Source of the DNA: an uncultured virus (IMG/VR IMGVR_UViG_3300044701_003393) | Taxonomy: Duplodnaviria > Heunggongvirae > Uroviricota > Caudoviricetes | Virus record (IMG/VR): IMGVR_UViG_3300044701_003393 | Length of the DNA: 64,000 nucleotides | Strand: one strand, 5' to 3' | Shown here: positions 17,756 to 28,300 of the stretch, in pieces | How the letters are laid out: each line of letters opens with the position of its first letter | How positions within the stretch are numbered: position 1 is the first letter of the stretch | Position numbers and translations under genes: made by a program | Notes under the pieces: model-generated | What the model was told of the DNA's origin: nothing | The model's input: only the letters and a program-made list of their open reading frames with translations | The model's database searches: none

Positions 17756-20572
17756 TTAGTTTGCGTTTGAGACTGCAGCTGGAGCAGATCTTTCTGAAGT
17801 GAGTTTTTGTGATGGAACTGATACGGTTTCTGTGGAGAAATCTAAACGATCAATTGTTGAATAAACGGCAGGAGTAGGAGCAAAACCACCACCAAAGTAA
17901 CCATAAGAACTGCTTGAGGTTGCTGATAAACTTTCTCTTGCTTGAGATAACTTAGGTGTTGGTACTGATACTGTTTCTGTGGAGAAATCTAAACGATCAA
18001 TGGTGCAAACAACAGTAGTTGGGCTAGTAGCACCACCACCAAAGTAACCATAAAAACTACTTGAGGTTGCTGATAAACTTTCTCTTGCTTGAGATAACTT
18101 AGGTGTTGGTACTGATACTGTTTCTGTGGAGAAATCTAAACGATCTATAGTAGAAACACGACCTGGAAAAAAAGCATAACCACCACCAAAGTAACCATAA
18201 GAACTACTTGCAGTTGCTGCCACTCCCCTTTTCAAATCAGATAACTTAGGTGTTGGGACTGATACTGTTTCTATTGAGAAATCTAAACGATCTATAGTAG
18301 AAACAGCAGTAGGAATAGCACCACCACCAAAGTAACCATAAGAACTACTTGAGGTTGCTGCTAATTGTTGTCTTGTTTGAGATAACTTAGGTGTTGGGAC
18401 TGATACTGTTTCTGTAGAGAAATCTAAACGATCTATAGTGGAACTGGGAGTAAGACCACCACCACCAAAGTAACCATAAGAACTACTTGAGGTTGCTGCT
18501 AATTGTTGTCTTGCTTGAGATAACTTAGGAGATGGTGTTGTTACTGTTTCTGTAGAGAAATCTAAACGGTTTATGGTAGAAACAGCAGTAGGAATAGCAC
18601 CACCACCATAATAACCATAAGTCGCAGAACCAACTCTACGAGTTCCTATTGCTCCTGATACTCCAGTTCCACCATATCTAAAACTAGATAATGTAGATGT
18701 TAGATCTCCTATTGTTTCCGTTGAGAAATCTAAACGATTTATACTGGAAGTATCGGGAGGAGTATTACCACCAGCAAAATAACCATAAGAACTACTTGAA
18801 GCTCCCGATGTTGAGGTTCTAGATGTAGTGAACCTAGATCCTAACAAATTTGCAGTTTCGGTAGAAAAATCAAAACGTTCTATAGTAGATAGTGCTCCTG
18901 GTCCAATAAAATTACCTCCACCACCAAAATAACCATAATAAGAATTTGAAACAGTTGTGGAATCGGCTCTTATTGAAGAAAGATTAGATCCTAATGTTGC
19001 CACAGTTTCTGTAGAAAAATCTAAACGATCTATACCAAGTTGATAAATATCCGATGGAACAGCATAAATTGAACCACCAGCAAAGTAACCATAAGAACTA
19101 GTTGATACAGTATTATATCCACTTCTATCACCAGCCAACTTAGGTGTTGGTGTTGTTATTGTTTCTGTAGAGAAATCTAATCGATCTATAGTGGAAACCC
19201 TAATATTAGGACTAGGTAAAGTAATACCAGCACAAAAGTAACCATAAGAACTACTTGATACTGAATTCAAAAACCTTCTTGATATAGATAATGAACTACC
19301 GAGTCTTATTGTATTTTCTGTAGAAAAATCTAATCGTTCAGTAGTAGAACGAATAAAAGGAGAAGGAAGAGGTGAGGTTGCTCCTCCACCAAAATAACCA
19401 TACTGATTATTTGACAATGATGTCAAATGATATCTTGCTTCAGTTAATTTAGGTGCTGGTGTTGCCACAGTTTCTGTAGAAAAATCTAATCGATTAAAAC
19501 TACTTAATACTATAACTCCAGGAGGAGTTGCTCCTCCACCAAAGTAACCAACATTAGCACTCTCAGGCCAGTTAGTGAACTTAGGAGATGACTGGAAGAT
19601 TGGATTGCGGTTGACTTGGACTGCTGTTGAAGCCGCTCTTCTTTGAGATAACTGAGGTCCTGGTACTGATACGGTTTCTGTAGAGAAATCTAGACGGTCA
19701 ATAGTGCAAACAAAAACAAGAGGAGCATAAAAACCACCACCAAAGTATCCAAAAAAATTACTCGAAGTTCCTGCTAAAGCATATCTTGCTTGAGGTAACT
19801 TAGGTGCTGGTGTTGATAGGGTTTCTGTGGAGAAATCTAAACGATTTATAGTACAGACATATCCAAGAGGAGTAACACCACCACCAAAATAACCATAAAG
19901 ATCATTTTTTACTGTCCCAGGATAAACCGTAGATGTTGGTAATTGTTGGGGAGGAACTGAAAATGTATCTATGGAAAAATCTAAACGATCAATAGTACAA
20001 TAATACGTAACAAATCCTGGAGAAGTTCCACCAGCAAAGTAACCATAAGAACTACTTGAGGTTGCTGCTAAATATCCTCGCGAAATAGATATATTTGGAA
20101 GTGGTGTTGTCGTTTCAGTATCAAAATCTAAACGATCTACAGTGGAGGATCCAGCACCTCCACCAAAGTAACCATAAGAACTGCTTGAAGTCGCTGCTAA
20201 ATAACCTCTTGATTGAGATAACTTAGGTGTTGGTGTTGATAGGGTTTCTGAGGAGAAATCTAGACGATCTATGGTGCAAACACTTGTTGATGGTGAAGTA
20301 AGTCCGCCACCAAAGTAACCATAAGAACTACTTGAGGTTGCTGCTACATATGATTTTGCTACCGGTAGATCGATCGATGATGTTACAGTTTCTGTCGTGA
20401 AATCTAAACGATCTATAGTGGAATAAAATATACTAGCAGTAGGAGTAGGAGGAATAAAATATCCACCACCAAAGTAACCATAAAAAAGACCCTCAATATC
20501 CAGTTGCAATCCAGGATCAGTATTTTCGATCTGTTTTTTATAGACTTTTTTAAGACCGAATACTCCTGCCAT
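17756..20572 (-). CDS. Kelch-like beta-propeller repeat protein C (18 blades)
   Basis: Start re-set to MAGVFGL (20572) by similarity to the MAGIFSL/MPGDIFGL starts of the paralogs; same 6+6+6 layout. Confidence 0.8.
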   Translation of the reverse strand: MAGVFGLKKVYKKQIENTDPGLQLDIEGLFYGYFGGGYFIPPTPTASIFYSTIDRLDFTTETVTSSIDLPVAKSYVAATSSSSYGYFGGGLTSPSTSVCTIDRLDFSSETLSTPTPKLSQSRGYLAATSSSSYGYFGGGAGSSTVDRLDFDTETTTPLPNISISRGYLAATSSSSYGYFAGGTSPGFVTYYCTIDRLDFSIDTFSVPPQQLPTSTVYPGTVKNDLYGYFGGGVTPLGYVCTINRLDFSTETLSTPAPKLPQARYALAGTSSNFFGYFGGGFYAPLVFVCTIDRLDFSTETVSVPGPQLSQRRAASTAVQVNRNPIFQSSPKFTNWPESANVGYFGGGATPPGVIVLSSFNRLDFSTETVATPAPKLTEARYHLTSLSNNQYGYFGGGATSPLPSPFIRSTTERLDFSTENTIRLGSSLSISRRFLNSVSSSSYGYFCAGITLPSPNIRVSTIDRLDFSTETITTPTPKLAGDRSGYNTVSTSSYGYFAGGSIYAVPSDIYQLGIDRLDFSTETVATLGSNLSSIRADSTTVSNSYYGYFGGGGNFIGPGALSTIERFDFSTETANLLGSRFTTSRTSTSGASSSSYGYFAGGNTPPDTSSINRLDFSTETIGDLTSTLSSFRYGGTGVSGAIGTRRVGSATYGYYGGGAIPTAVSTINRLDFSTETVTTPSPKLSQARQQLAATSSSSYGYFGGGGLTPSSTIDRLDFSTETVSVPTPKLSQTRQQLAATSSSSYGYFGGGAIPTAVSTIDRLDFSIETVSVPTPKLSDLKRGVAATASSSYGYFGGGYAFFPGRVSTIDRLDFSTETVSVPTPKLSQARESLSATSSSFYGYFGGGATSPTTVVCTIDRLDFSTETVSVPTPKLSQARESLSATSSSSYGYFGGGFAPTPAVYSTIDRLDFSTETVSVPSQKLTSERSAPAAVSNAN

Positions 20573-20577
20573 TTGAT

Positions 20578-21240
20578 TTACTCTTCTTGATAAACATGAG
20601 AACCAACATGACACAGACGAATACTTGTATCTAACCAAGATTTGTATCCTACACTTGATGCTCTTTCAAAGAATGAAAAATCTTCAGGTAGAAAAGACAT
20701 ATCTTTTTTCATTTCAAGAAAGTAATGATATGAGTTATGATATTCCTGTTCTGTTGGTGGATAACTAGAATTATTTAGTGCAGGATAATACTTTAATTCT
20801 TCACCATAACGATTTTGAATTTCCCGAAATACTTGCCGTTTAATACAACAAAATCCAAATCCAATATTTTCAATCTGAACTAATCCTTCTTCTGCAACTG
20901 GAGGAGATGAGATATTATAATTGTAACGAAGTGGAATACCCTTCATTGGATATGCACCACAAACAATATCCTTATCTGCAAGAATAACCTTCAGGGCATC
21001 TTCTGGTGTAAATCCAACATCAGCATCAATAAACAAAATCTTCTCATACTCGGTATTATTCATATAGAAGTTAGCAATTCTTGATCTTGCTTTCGTAACA
21101 AGACTTTCATTTGCCATAGTCAAAAGACCGTGATCGATTCCGTTTTTATTCAGTGCCTTTCCTAAATTGAATAATCCCTTTGCGGTTTTATCACTTACCA
21201 TTCCCCCATAACAGGGCATTGCGATTAATACTGAAGTCAT
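20578..21240 (-). CDS. GT-A fold glycosyltransferase-like protein
   Basis: IAMPCYGG, ESLVTKAR, FIDAD (DxD), EDFSF, HVG. Confidence 0.75.
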   Translation of the reverse strand: MTSVLIAMPCYGGMVSDKTAKGLFNLGKALNKNGIDHGLLTMANESLVTKARSRIANFYMNNTEYEKILFIDADVGFTPEDALKVILADKDIVCGAYPMKGIPLRYNYNISSPPVAEEGLVQIENIGFGFCCIKRQVFREIQNRYGEELKYYPALNNSSYPPTEQEYHNSYHYFLEMKKDMSFLPEDFSFFERASSVGYKSWLDTSIRLCHVGSHVYQEE

Positions 21241-21815
21241 ACAAGTAACTCTACATTAAATGAGATTGAAATACGATTTTCGTTAATTGGATTTGGATTC
21301 ACAAAATGAGGTAACCAAGAAGGAAATAATACCAACTCTCCAACCTTTGGAGTGTGATTATGATAGTTTGTATCTCTTAAACAACTACCTTGAAAGTCCA
21401 TAATCTTTGAAGGTCTTGGATCTTCAAAGGTAATACCAGGAGCACCTTCTGGAAGTGCAACATAATAAACGGCACTCATCCAACCACTGGGATGAACGTG
21501 TGTGAAATTATAACCACCTTGAGGATTGACATTTCCCCACATTGCACGAATGACGAACTCTGGTTTGTTGGTAGAAAGGTCTGCAATGATTGATTGAACG
21601 ATTGTAGAAGACTTTTCTAACAATGGTTTAAAGGTCTCATTCTGCCAAAGTGTAATATCACTCTGCCATCCATTACGATTACTTTTAATTTCTCCAGGAC
21701 TTTCTTTTGAAAGTTTTAAAAGTTCTTGTTTATAACTTTCGTTTTCTTTTTGATCGTAAATATCAACAAAGTACAAATCAGTCGGGAAAAGACCACGACA
21801 TTTAATATTAAACAT
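21237..21815 (-). CDS. 2OG-Fe(II) oxygenase (HxH type, TIGR02466-like)
   Basis: SNRNGWQS, HVHP, LFPSWLPHFV, RISISFN. Confidence 0.85.
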   Translation of the reverse strand: MFNIKCRGLFPTDLYFVDIYDQKENESYKQELLKLSKESPGEIKSNRNGWQSDITLWQNETFKPLLEKSSTIVQSIIADLSTNKPEFVIRAMWGNVNPQGGYNFTHVHPSGWMSAVYYVALPEGAPGITFEDPRPSKIMDFQGSCLRDTNYHNHTPKVGELVLFPSWLPHFVNPNPINENRISISFNVELLV

Positions 21816-21842
21816 AAGATTTTTTCAAATAAATTAATTCTA

Positions 21843-22775
21843 TCAGACTATATATTTACCTGCAAGAACAATGCCTACAGAGTTTGCTGGAGTTGTTGTG
21901 ACAAGAATGGAGTCACCAACTGAGAGTTGTTTTGGTTTCTGACATATTTCAACGACACTATTTTTTGGAATAGTGAGATTATATGCTAGATATCCCAACC
22001 TCACACCTGTTGTACTAATTCCCCCGACAGTTCCACCTCGAAAAACAGAAACAGTTACATCAACATCTACATTATTATTATAATTTGCAAGATTAATCGA
22101 TTGAATAACTGATGAATAGGTTACAGATGTAAAAATTTCCTGATCTGTTGTTCTTACTGTTGTTCCAATTCCAACATAAGTTGTATCAGTTTTTCTTGAA
22201 ATCGTAATGAATGCATCAAGACCACCATCCATTCCTGATGCATCTGTTCCAAGTCCAGTAAGTGCTTGTAGACGAATAATATCTGAAGGGTTTGCGACTC
22301 TTGGTTGTTCCAGAAGTTCAAGAGCACCTTGATATGGTATTAGGACTTTATTGCAAATTGGTGTATTCTGTCCTCCATTAAAATCGTGTCTTCCTGAGAG
22401 ATATAAATTTGCTCCAGATTTATTTGTAACGTGCATAGATTCGATTATATATTCATATCCAGCAGTTGATGGGAAGGAATATGCAATTCCCGGACCTATG
22501 AATATATCATTGTTTCTAAAAATTTGAGATGCAGTAATTTGTGCGGCAGTTGTACCAATACCAGTAGCAATACCAGAAGTTACTGAAACATATATGGATG
22601 TCGTAATTCCAGTATCAAAAGTTCCCGATCCTCCTGCTGCGGCCCAGGTAACACCAACACCCGTCGATTGAAGAACTTGACCCGATGTTCCTGTTGTTGA
22701 ACCTGCAGAAATTGTAACTGGAATAAACTGTCTAGTATCATCAATAACATTAATATTATTAACCTTGATAGCCAT
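21843..22775 (-). CDS. Virion structural protein
   Basis: MAIKV...IDD start, GTSGQVLQSTGVGVTW fibre motif, beta-rich. Confidence 0.6.
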   Translation of the reverse strand: MAIKVNNINVIDDTRQFIPVTISAGSTTGTSGQVLQSTGVGVTWAAAGGSGTFDTGITTSIYVSVTSGIATGIGTTAAQITASQIFRNNDIFIGPGIAYSFPSTAGYEYIIESMHVTNKSGANLYLSGRHDFNGGQNTPICNKVLIPYQGALELLEQPRVANPSDIIRLQALTGLGTDASGMDGGLDAFITISRKTDTTYVGIGTTVRTTDQEIFTSVTYSSVIQSINLANYNNNVDVDVTVSVFRGGTVGGISTTGVRLGYLAYNLTIPKNSVVEICQKPKQLSVGDSILVTTTPANSVGIVLAGKYIV

Positions 22776-22794
22776 CTTCGTTTACACTCGGCTT

Positions 22795-24111
22795 TTACTT
22801 ATTTAGTTGCTGTTTGAGTTGCTCTACTTCAGCAGATAGTTCTTTAACTGCTTCAATTAGAACTCCAATCAGACCATTATAGTTAACTGATTTTACTTCA
22901 CCATCGTTAACAAGTTGAGGTAATACTTCTTCGATTTCCTGAGCTATAACACCCAAAGAAGATTTTCCATCATTTTTCCAAGTAAAATTCACTCCACGAA
23001 TATTATTAATTGTCTCTAAACTATTTTCAATCGTATAAATGTTCTCTTTAACTGATATATCTGATGTTGAATTAAAATTTGATGCTGTAATTGTTCCTGC
23101 AGTAAAATCTCCAGAAGGATCACGAGCAACAACTGTATTAGCAGTGTTTAAAGTTGTTGCTGCAACAGAAACTGTAATCGCAGCAGATCCATTATAAGTC
23201 GTTCCAGAGCTATAGTTAATATATGAACCTGCTATCAAATTGTTTAAATTAGCACCAAGAGAAACTCCAGAAATAGTAGAATTTGCAAGGTTTGCATTTG
23301 TAATTCCAGCAGAACCAGACAAATTAGAATTTGTTAGTCCACTAATTGTATTGGAACCAGCAGAAATATTCTTGTTAGTTAAAGTATCTGTGGTGTTTCT
23401 TGCAACTAAAGTATCACTTGTGCTAATTGTAGGAAGAGTTGCAATACCAGTAGCAACTGCAGATGCTCTTAATGTTGTTGATCCTGAAGTAGATCCAGAA
23501 AATGCAATACCAGCAGAAGAAACTACTGGAGAGGTTAATACTGGTGATGTTAAAGTTTTATTTGTAAGAGTTTGAGTATCTGTTGTTCCTACAATATCTC
23601 CAGATGGTGGTAATTTTCCTCTTAAATAATCTGCGTTTAAGTTTGTAACAAGAGTAGTTGAAGTAACAGTTAATGGAGAAGTTCCTGATGCTACTGTAGA
23701 AACAAATCGAGAAGCAGTGATGATACCACTACTAATTGAGATTCCATTTGCACTTATATTACTTCCAGTAATTGTACCAGTTGCAGTAATATTTCCAATA
23801 ACATCAAGTTTTTGTGCTGGTATTGTACTACCAATACCAACATTACCAGTAGAACGATAGATATCAGACCCAGAAAAATCCCAAGTCTGAAGAGCAGCAC
23901 TTACTAATTGACTTCCGTTCAGATAATATCCAGTTGCAGAAACAACACCAGATATGTTTGTATCTCCAATGACTGTAAATTTTACAGATGGATTTGTAGT
24001 TCCTATACCAACATAAGGAGTTGCTGTCGTAGCAATACCAATATTTCTTGTTGTATTGTCAACATAGAGAAAAGAACCAAATTGTGATAGTTCCCTGTTT
24101 GGAATTGGCAT
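22795..24111 (-). CDS. Tail fibre with C-terminal intramolecular chaperone (peptidase S74-like)
   Basis: VGIGTTNP repeats; SDISVKENI...GVIAQEIE...LIEAVKEL. Confidence 0.85.
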   Translation of the reverse strand: MPIPNRELSQFGSFLYVDNTTRNIGIATTATPYVGIGTTNPSVKFTVIGDTNISGVVSATGYYLNGSQLVSAALQTWDFSGSDIYRSTGNVGIGSTIPAQKLDVIGNITATGTITGSNISANGISISSGIITASRFVSTVASGTSPLTVTSTTLVTNLNADYLRGKLPPSGDIVGTTDTQTLTNKTLTSPVLTSPVVSSAGIAFSGSTSGSTTLRASAVATGIATLPTISTSDTLVARNTTDTLTNKNISAGSNTISGLTNSNLSGSAGITNANLANSTISGVSLGANLNNLIAGSYINYSSGTTYNGSAAITVSVAATTLNTANTVVARDPSGDFTAGTITASNFNSTSDISVKENIYTIENSLETINNIRGVNFTWKNDGKSSLGVIAQEIEEVLPQLVNDGEVKSVNYNGLIGVLIEAVKELSAEVEQLKQQLNK

Positions 24112-24122
24112 TTATCTTCTCC

Positions 24123-24599
24123 TTAGATTGATGAATATACAACAAGTTCGACAGTTTCATCACCAAAACAAGCATCATTCAAAATAACCGACGTTCCATT
24201 TGTTGCAGTAAATTCACTTGGAATTAAACGAATACCATTGATATAAACATCTACCAATCCAACAGTATAATTTACACTAAATGTTGTTTGACCTGAAGTT
24301 GCAGTAAAAACAGTAGAAACTCTTGGAGAAATCCAAGTTACTCCAACTCCAGTGGAAACCAAATAATTTCCAGTGGATCCTGTGGAAGTATTTGCTTTTA
24401 GAGTTCCTTGAATAACCAAATTATTAACTGTGGTTATTCCTGAAATAACCGCAGTTGTTGCACCAATGCCACCATTAACGTGTAGAGTATAATTTGCGAC
24501 GGTTGTTGCAATACCAACTTTGTTTGTACCTTGATCCGCAAAAATTAGATTAGTATCAACCTCTAACCCGTGCTTAACTACAAAGTTTTTATTTGCCAT
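24123..24599 (-). CDS. Fibre/baseplate-associated structural protein
   Basis: KNFVVKHGLEV start; ATSGQTTF...VYINGIRL. Confidence 0.65.
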   Translation of the reverse strand: MANKNFVVKHGLEVDTNLIFADQGTNKVGIATTVANYTLHVNGGIGATTAVISGITTVNNLVIQGTLKANTSTGSTGNYLVSTGVGVTWISPRVSTVFTATSGQTTFSVNYTVGLVDVYINGIRLIPSEFTATNGTSVILNDACFGDETVELVVYSSI

Positions 24600-24677
24600 T
24601 CGGTTTCCCTATCCACCGATAATTTGCTTCTATTATTTATGTATTCTAAATAATAAAAAAGATAACACTATAAAAAA

Positions 24678-25328
24678 ATGGCAACTGAAGTACTTACTGG
24701 ATATTTTGCAAAAAATGAGGATTTTACATTATATGCAAATAATACAGGACAGAACGTAAGAGTTATATTCAATTATCTTTCTCTTGAGGGAACTGGTACA
24801 AGTGAGGTTCGTATTGTAACTCCAGCACAGACCAATCAAACTCCATCATATGATAACGCAGGTAATGCAATCGTTACAGAAACAGTTGTTCCGGCATCAT
24901 ACGTCCAAATTCCAAACATTCCAGATATAGATACGGACTGGATGGAAGGTATTGTAGGAAAACAACTTTCATCTACTTCATTTAATTATAGTTGGTACTG
25001 GGGAAGATGGAGAAACTTCCCTTCTCTGTGGTGGAATAATGCCGTTAGTGCAAGACCTGGAAATAATGGATATATGTTTATCTATTCTTCAGAAGTCGTA
25101 ACAGGTTCAAGTTATTATTTCTTTGGAAGTTCTGACAACTGGTGGAGAAAAAATAATAGAATTATGGAAGTTCCTTTCCCTGTTGAACTTTATCTAAAAC
25201 CAAATCAGTCTTTACAGTTTCTAACGAGAAAGAAAACTTCAAAGACTGATAGAAAAAATACTACAATTTCTCCAACGGTTCAGCAAATCACTTATAATGT
25301 ATTAGTTATGCCAGAAGGTGGTTGCTAA
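24678..25328 (+). CDS. Hypothetical protein (possibly structural)
   Basis: 216-aa ORF after CTAAATA late-like promoter; Trp-rich middle. Confidence 0.6.
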   Translation: MATEVLTGYFAKNEDFTLYANNTGQNVRVIFNYLSLEGTGTSEVRIVTPAQTNQTPSYDNAGNAIVTETVVPASYVQIPNIPDIDTDWMEGIVGKQLSSTSFNYSWYWGRWRNFPSLWWNNAVSARPGNNGYMFIYSSEVVTGSSYYFFGSSDNWWRKNNRIMEVPFPVELYLKPNQSLQFLTRKKTSKTDRKNTTISPTVQQITYNVLVMPEGGC

Positions 25329-25332
25329 TTCC

Positions 25333-28300
25333 TCAGAGAGGAATAGCAAATCCACGAGTTGAATATGGGAATGGAGCATATTCTTGAGTTACAATAACTT
25401 CATAGTCGATTTTTTGTGTTGCTTCATTAAAGGTAACATTAATTCCACACTGATCTCCAATTAAAGTCTTAACCTTATTCACAACTCTCGCATCAGTATA
25501 ATACTTATTCGTATTTCCTTCTGGAAGATCATCAGTTGTTGCCAATGAAAGGGCATTCTTAATTGAGGTCCAACCAAGAACTCCTGGTGTTACAGAATAT
25601 AGAATGCTATTTGCTGCTCCAACTACATTTGGTAGAGACCAGACAACGTTTGATGCGATAGTTTCTTGTGCCTTAAATGCAACATAGTTTGTTCTAGTAG
25701 AATTATAATAACGAATTTCTCCAGTTACTCCAGCATTACCAACAACATCCAGAGAAATACCAGAAGCAACAGTAAGAGTATTAATACCAACACTTCCTGA
25801 TGCATCAATAATGAATGGTGAGGTGTCATCTAAGGAACTATCAATTCTTACAACAGGACCTCCACCATACGTTGATCTAATTCTCAGGGAAGTTTCATCA
25901 GTAGAAGTAATATCAAGTCTTGCTTGAGGTATTGCTCTTCCAATTCCGACACCACCATTGTTTGAAATTACAAATGGAGATGCATCATTTGTTTCATCTT
26001 GAACTAAAAGTGCATTTCCAGTTCCAGTTTGAGTAACTACTAATGCTGAAGATGATGTAGAAATTGCAACATTCAGTGTTGAGGCAACATTAAGTTGATT
26101 AATTACTGAATCATAGGAAGAACCCGTGACTCCACCAAAGAGAACTCCATTTAAATTATATTGAAGTTCTCCAATATTTCCACCAGGAGGAGCAATATCT
26201 GGCAATTCATTAAGAGATAAACCATCAAAACTAATCGTAGCAATTCCAGAAGAAACATCAAAATCAGAAGTAACGGTAATACCAATACCAACGAAATTAA
26301 GTTGTGTGGCAGTTCCAATAAAATTATTAGTTACATTCCTAGAGACTTCAATCTTATTGACATTAGAAATAGTCAATGAAGTAATACCAACAATATCATC
26401 ATGTTCTGTTGATATTTCAACATCTCCAACTGCCTTAAAGTCAATTAACGTAGAAAGTCCTACAAAATTTCCATTAGAAGAAATTCCAATTCTGATGGAT
26501 GGATCTTTTCCTTCATCACCAATAGTTCCAAACTGTTCCCAACGATTGTTTGTAGTATAAACCCACCCAACACTATTACCACTTTGTGGTTCCGTGCGTG
26601 TAACTATATCTCCGGGATTTCCTGCTTGAGTTGGAGTTGAAATACCAACAGTTAATTTTCTAGAAACAAATGCATCACCTTGAAGATATAGAGACGCTGC
26701 TTCAATTCCCTTAGATGAAGTAGAAGTAATCTTATTATTAAAGACAACAGGACCATCAAACTCAGAAATTAATGTTGAATCTGGTCCACCCTCAACTCTA
26801 ATAGATCTATTAACTGAAATTTCGAGAGGAGTGAGAACGTCAAATCCAATATTTACAACACTTACACTTGGCTCTTCGCCAGTAACAGTTGGAACTGGTG
26901 CATCAAAGATTTCTTCTTGACCTGTTGAAGAGTTAATCTTCTTGTTTCCAGTGTAGAAATCTCCATCACTATTCATACCAGTGAAGATTGCAACACCACC
27001 ATCAACTTTTGTTGCCTGCGAAAGAATTTCTTCCTGACCTGTGATAATGCGATTTTGTCTTTCTGGAAGTGCTGTTGAGTAGTTTCCAGGACCAAATCCC
27101 ATATACTCAAAGGTGTGTCCCGATGCGCGAATAATTGAGTTTCTGCGGAATTCAATTGGAATTGGTTTAACCTTTCTAACAACTGAGTTGTCTAAGTGAG
27201 TTTGTTTCTGAGTTCCAAGAACTGATCTAAAAACATAAACTTGATCGCTTGTAACAGCAGAGCGAATACGGAAAATTTCATTATCAATCTGAATATAATC
27301 ACCCATTCTCAGTCCACAAGCAACTGCGTTCTGAATAGTAAGTGGATCATTATTTGTTGATGTAATATCAATTAATGCTGTAGAAACAGTTGTAATTCCA
27401 GCATACTGCGCCACAAGTCGAGAAGAGGTCTTTTCATTTTCTAGTGTTAAATCTCCACCATAAGAATTTAAGAAGAGTGGATATGCAGTTAGAGTTCCTC
27501 CATAAATTGGAGATGCATTTTTAACACCAGTGTTTATTGTAAGTTGTGTAGATGCAACAGCAACAGAAGGTGTAGTCTTTACAATAAATTCATTATTAAA
27601 AATACTGTCCGATGCTCCACCAATCCTAATCTTATCATTTACTCTAAATCCGTGTGCTCTACTGAAAGATACTGTAGAAATACCAGTTGCAGCATCATAT
27701 GTGATGCTTGATATGCCGATTGATGATCCACTTACAACTACATTTGCAGAAGATGTTGCAGTAACTCCAATACCAGTTGTTGATGGACTTGAAATAGAGT
27801 TTGCAGATCCAACTAAAATTGCTTTTGTAGACCCAATGGGTACTTGAGTAATATTATAAACACCATTATATTGAGAAGAACTTACTCCAGAAACAACTAA
27901 AGTATCACCGACATTGTTCTGAATTTGTTGAACCGTTACATAAGCAGCAATTGATCCAGCATTTCTTGGAACATCTAGGATAGCAAGAGTATTTCCTATT
28001 CCATAAGCACTACCTCTATTCATTATAACAACTTTACTGATAGTTCCGGCAACACTTACAGTTACGGCAGCAGTTGCATAATCACCTGTAGTAGAACCAG
28101 CAGCTCCGACAAGAGGAACGTTATAATATGTTCCTGTGGCATAAGTAGATCCAGCACCAGTAATACTTACTGAAGTAATACCAGCAAATCCATGATCATA
28201 CGTAGTATAAATTGTATGCGCTGTTCCTGCAGAATTTGATGCAATATTTGTGATTCCAAATCCAACGTTAATATCATCTAAAAGATTTCCAAGTGCTTCT

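Noticed and set aside
6231..20572. Conserved repeats with variable spacers resembling a CRISPR array
   Set aside because: In-frame protein repeats of about 145 nt with degenerate units; no cas genes.
20573..20638. Longer N-terminus for propeller C (also the extended starts of gp4, gp32, gp33 and talC)
   Set aside because: Downstream starts match paralogs, family N-termini or RBS positions, and most extensions overlap neighbouring genes.
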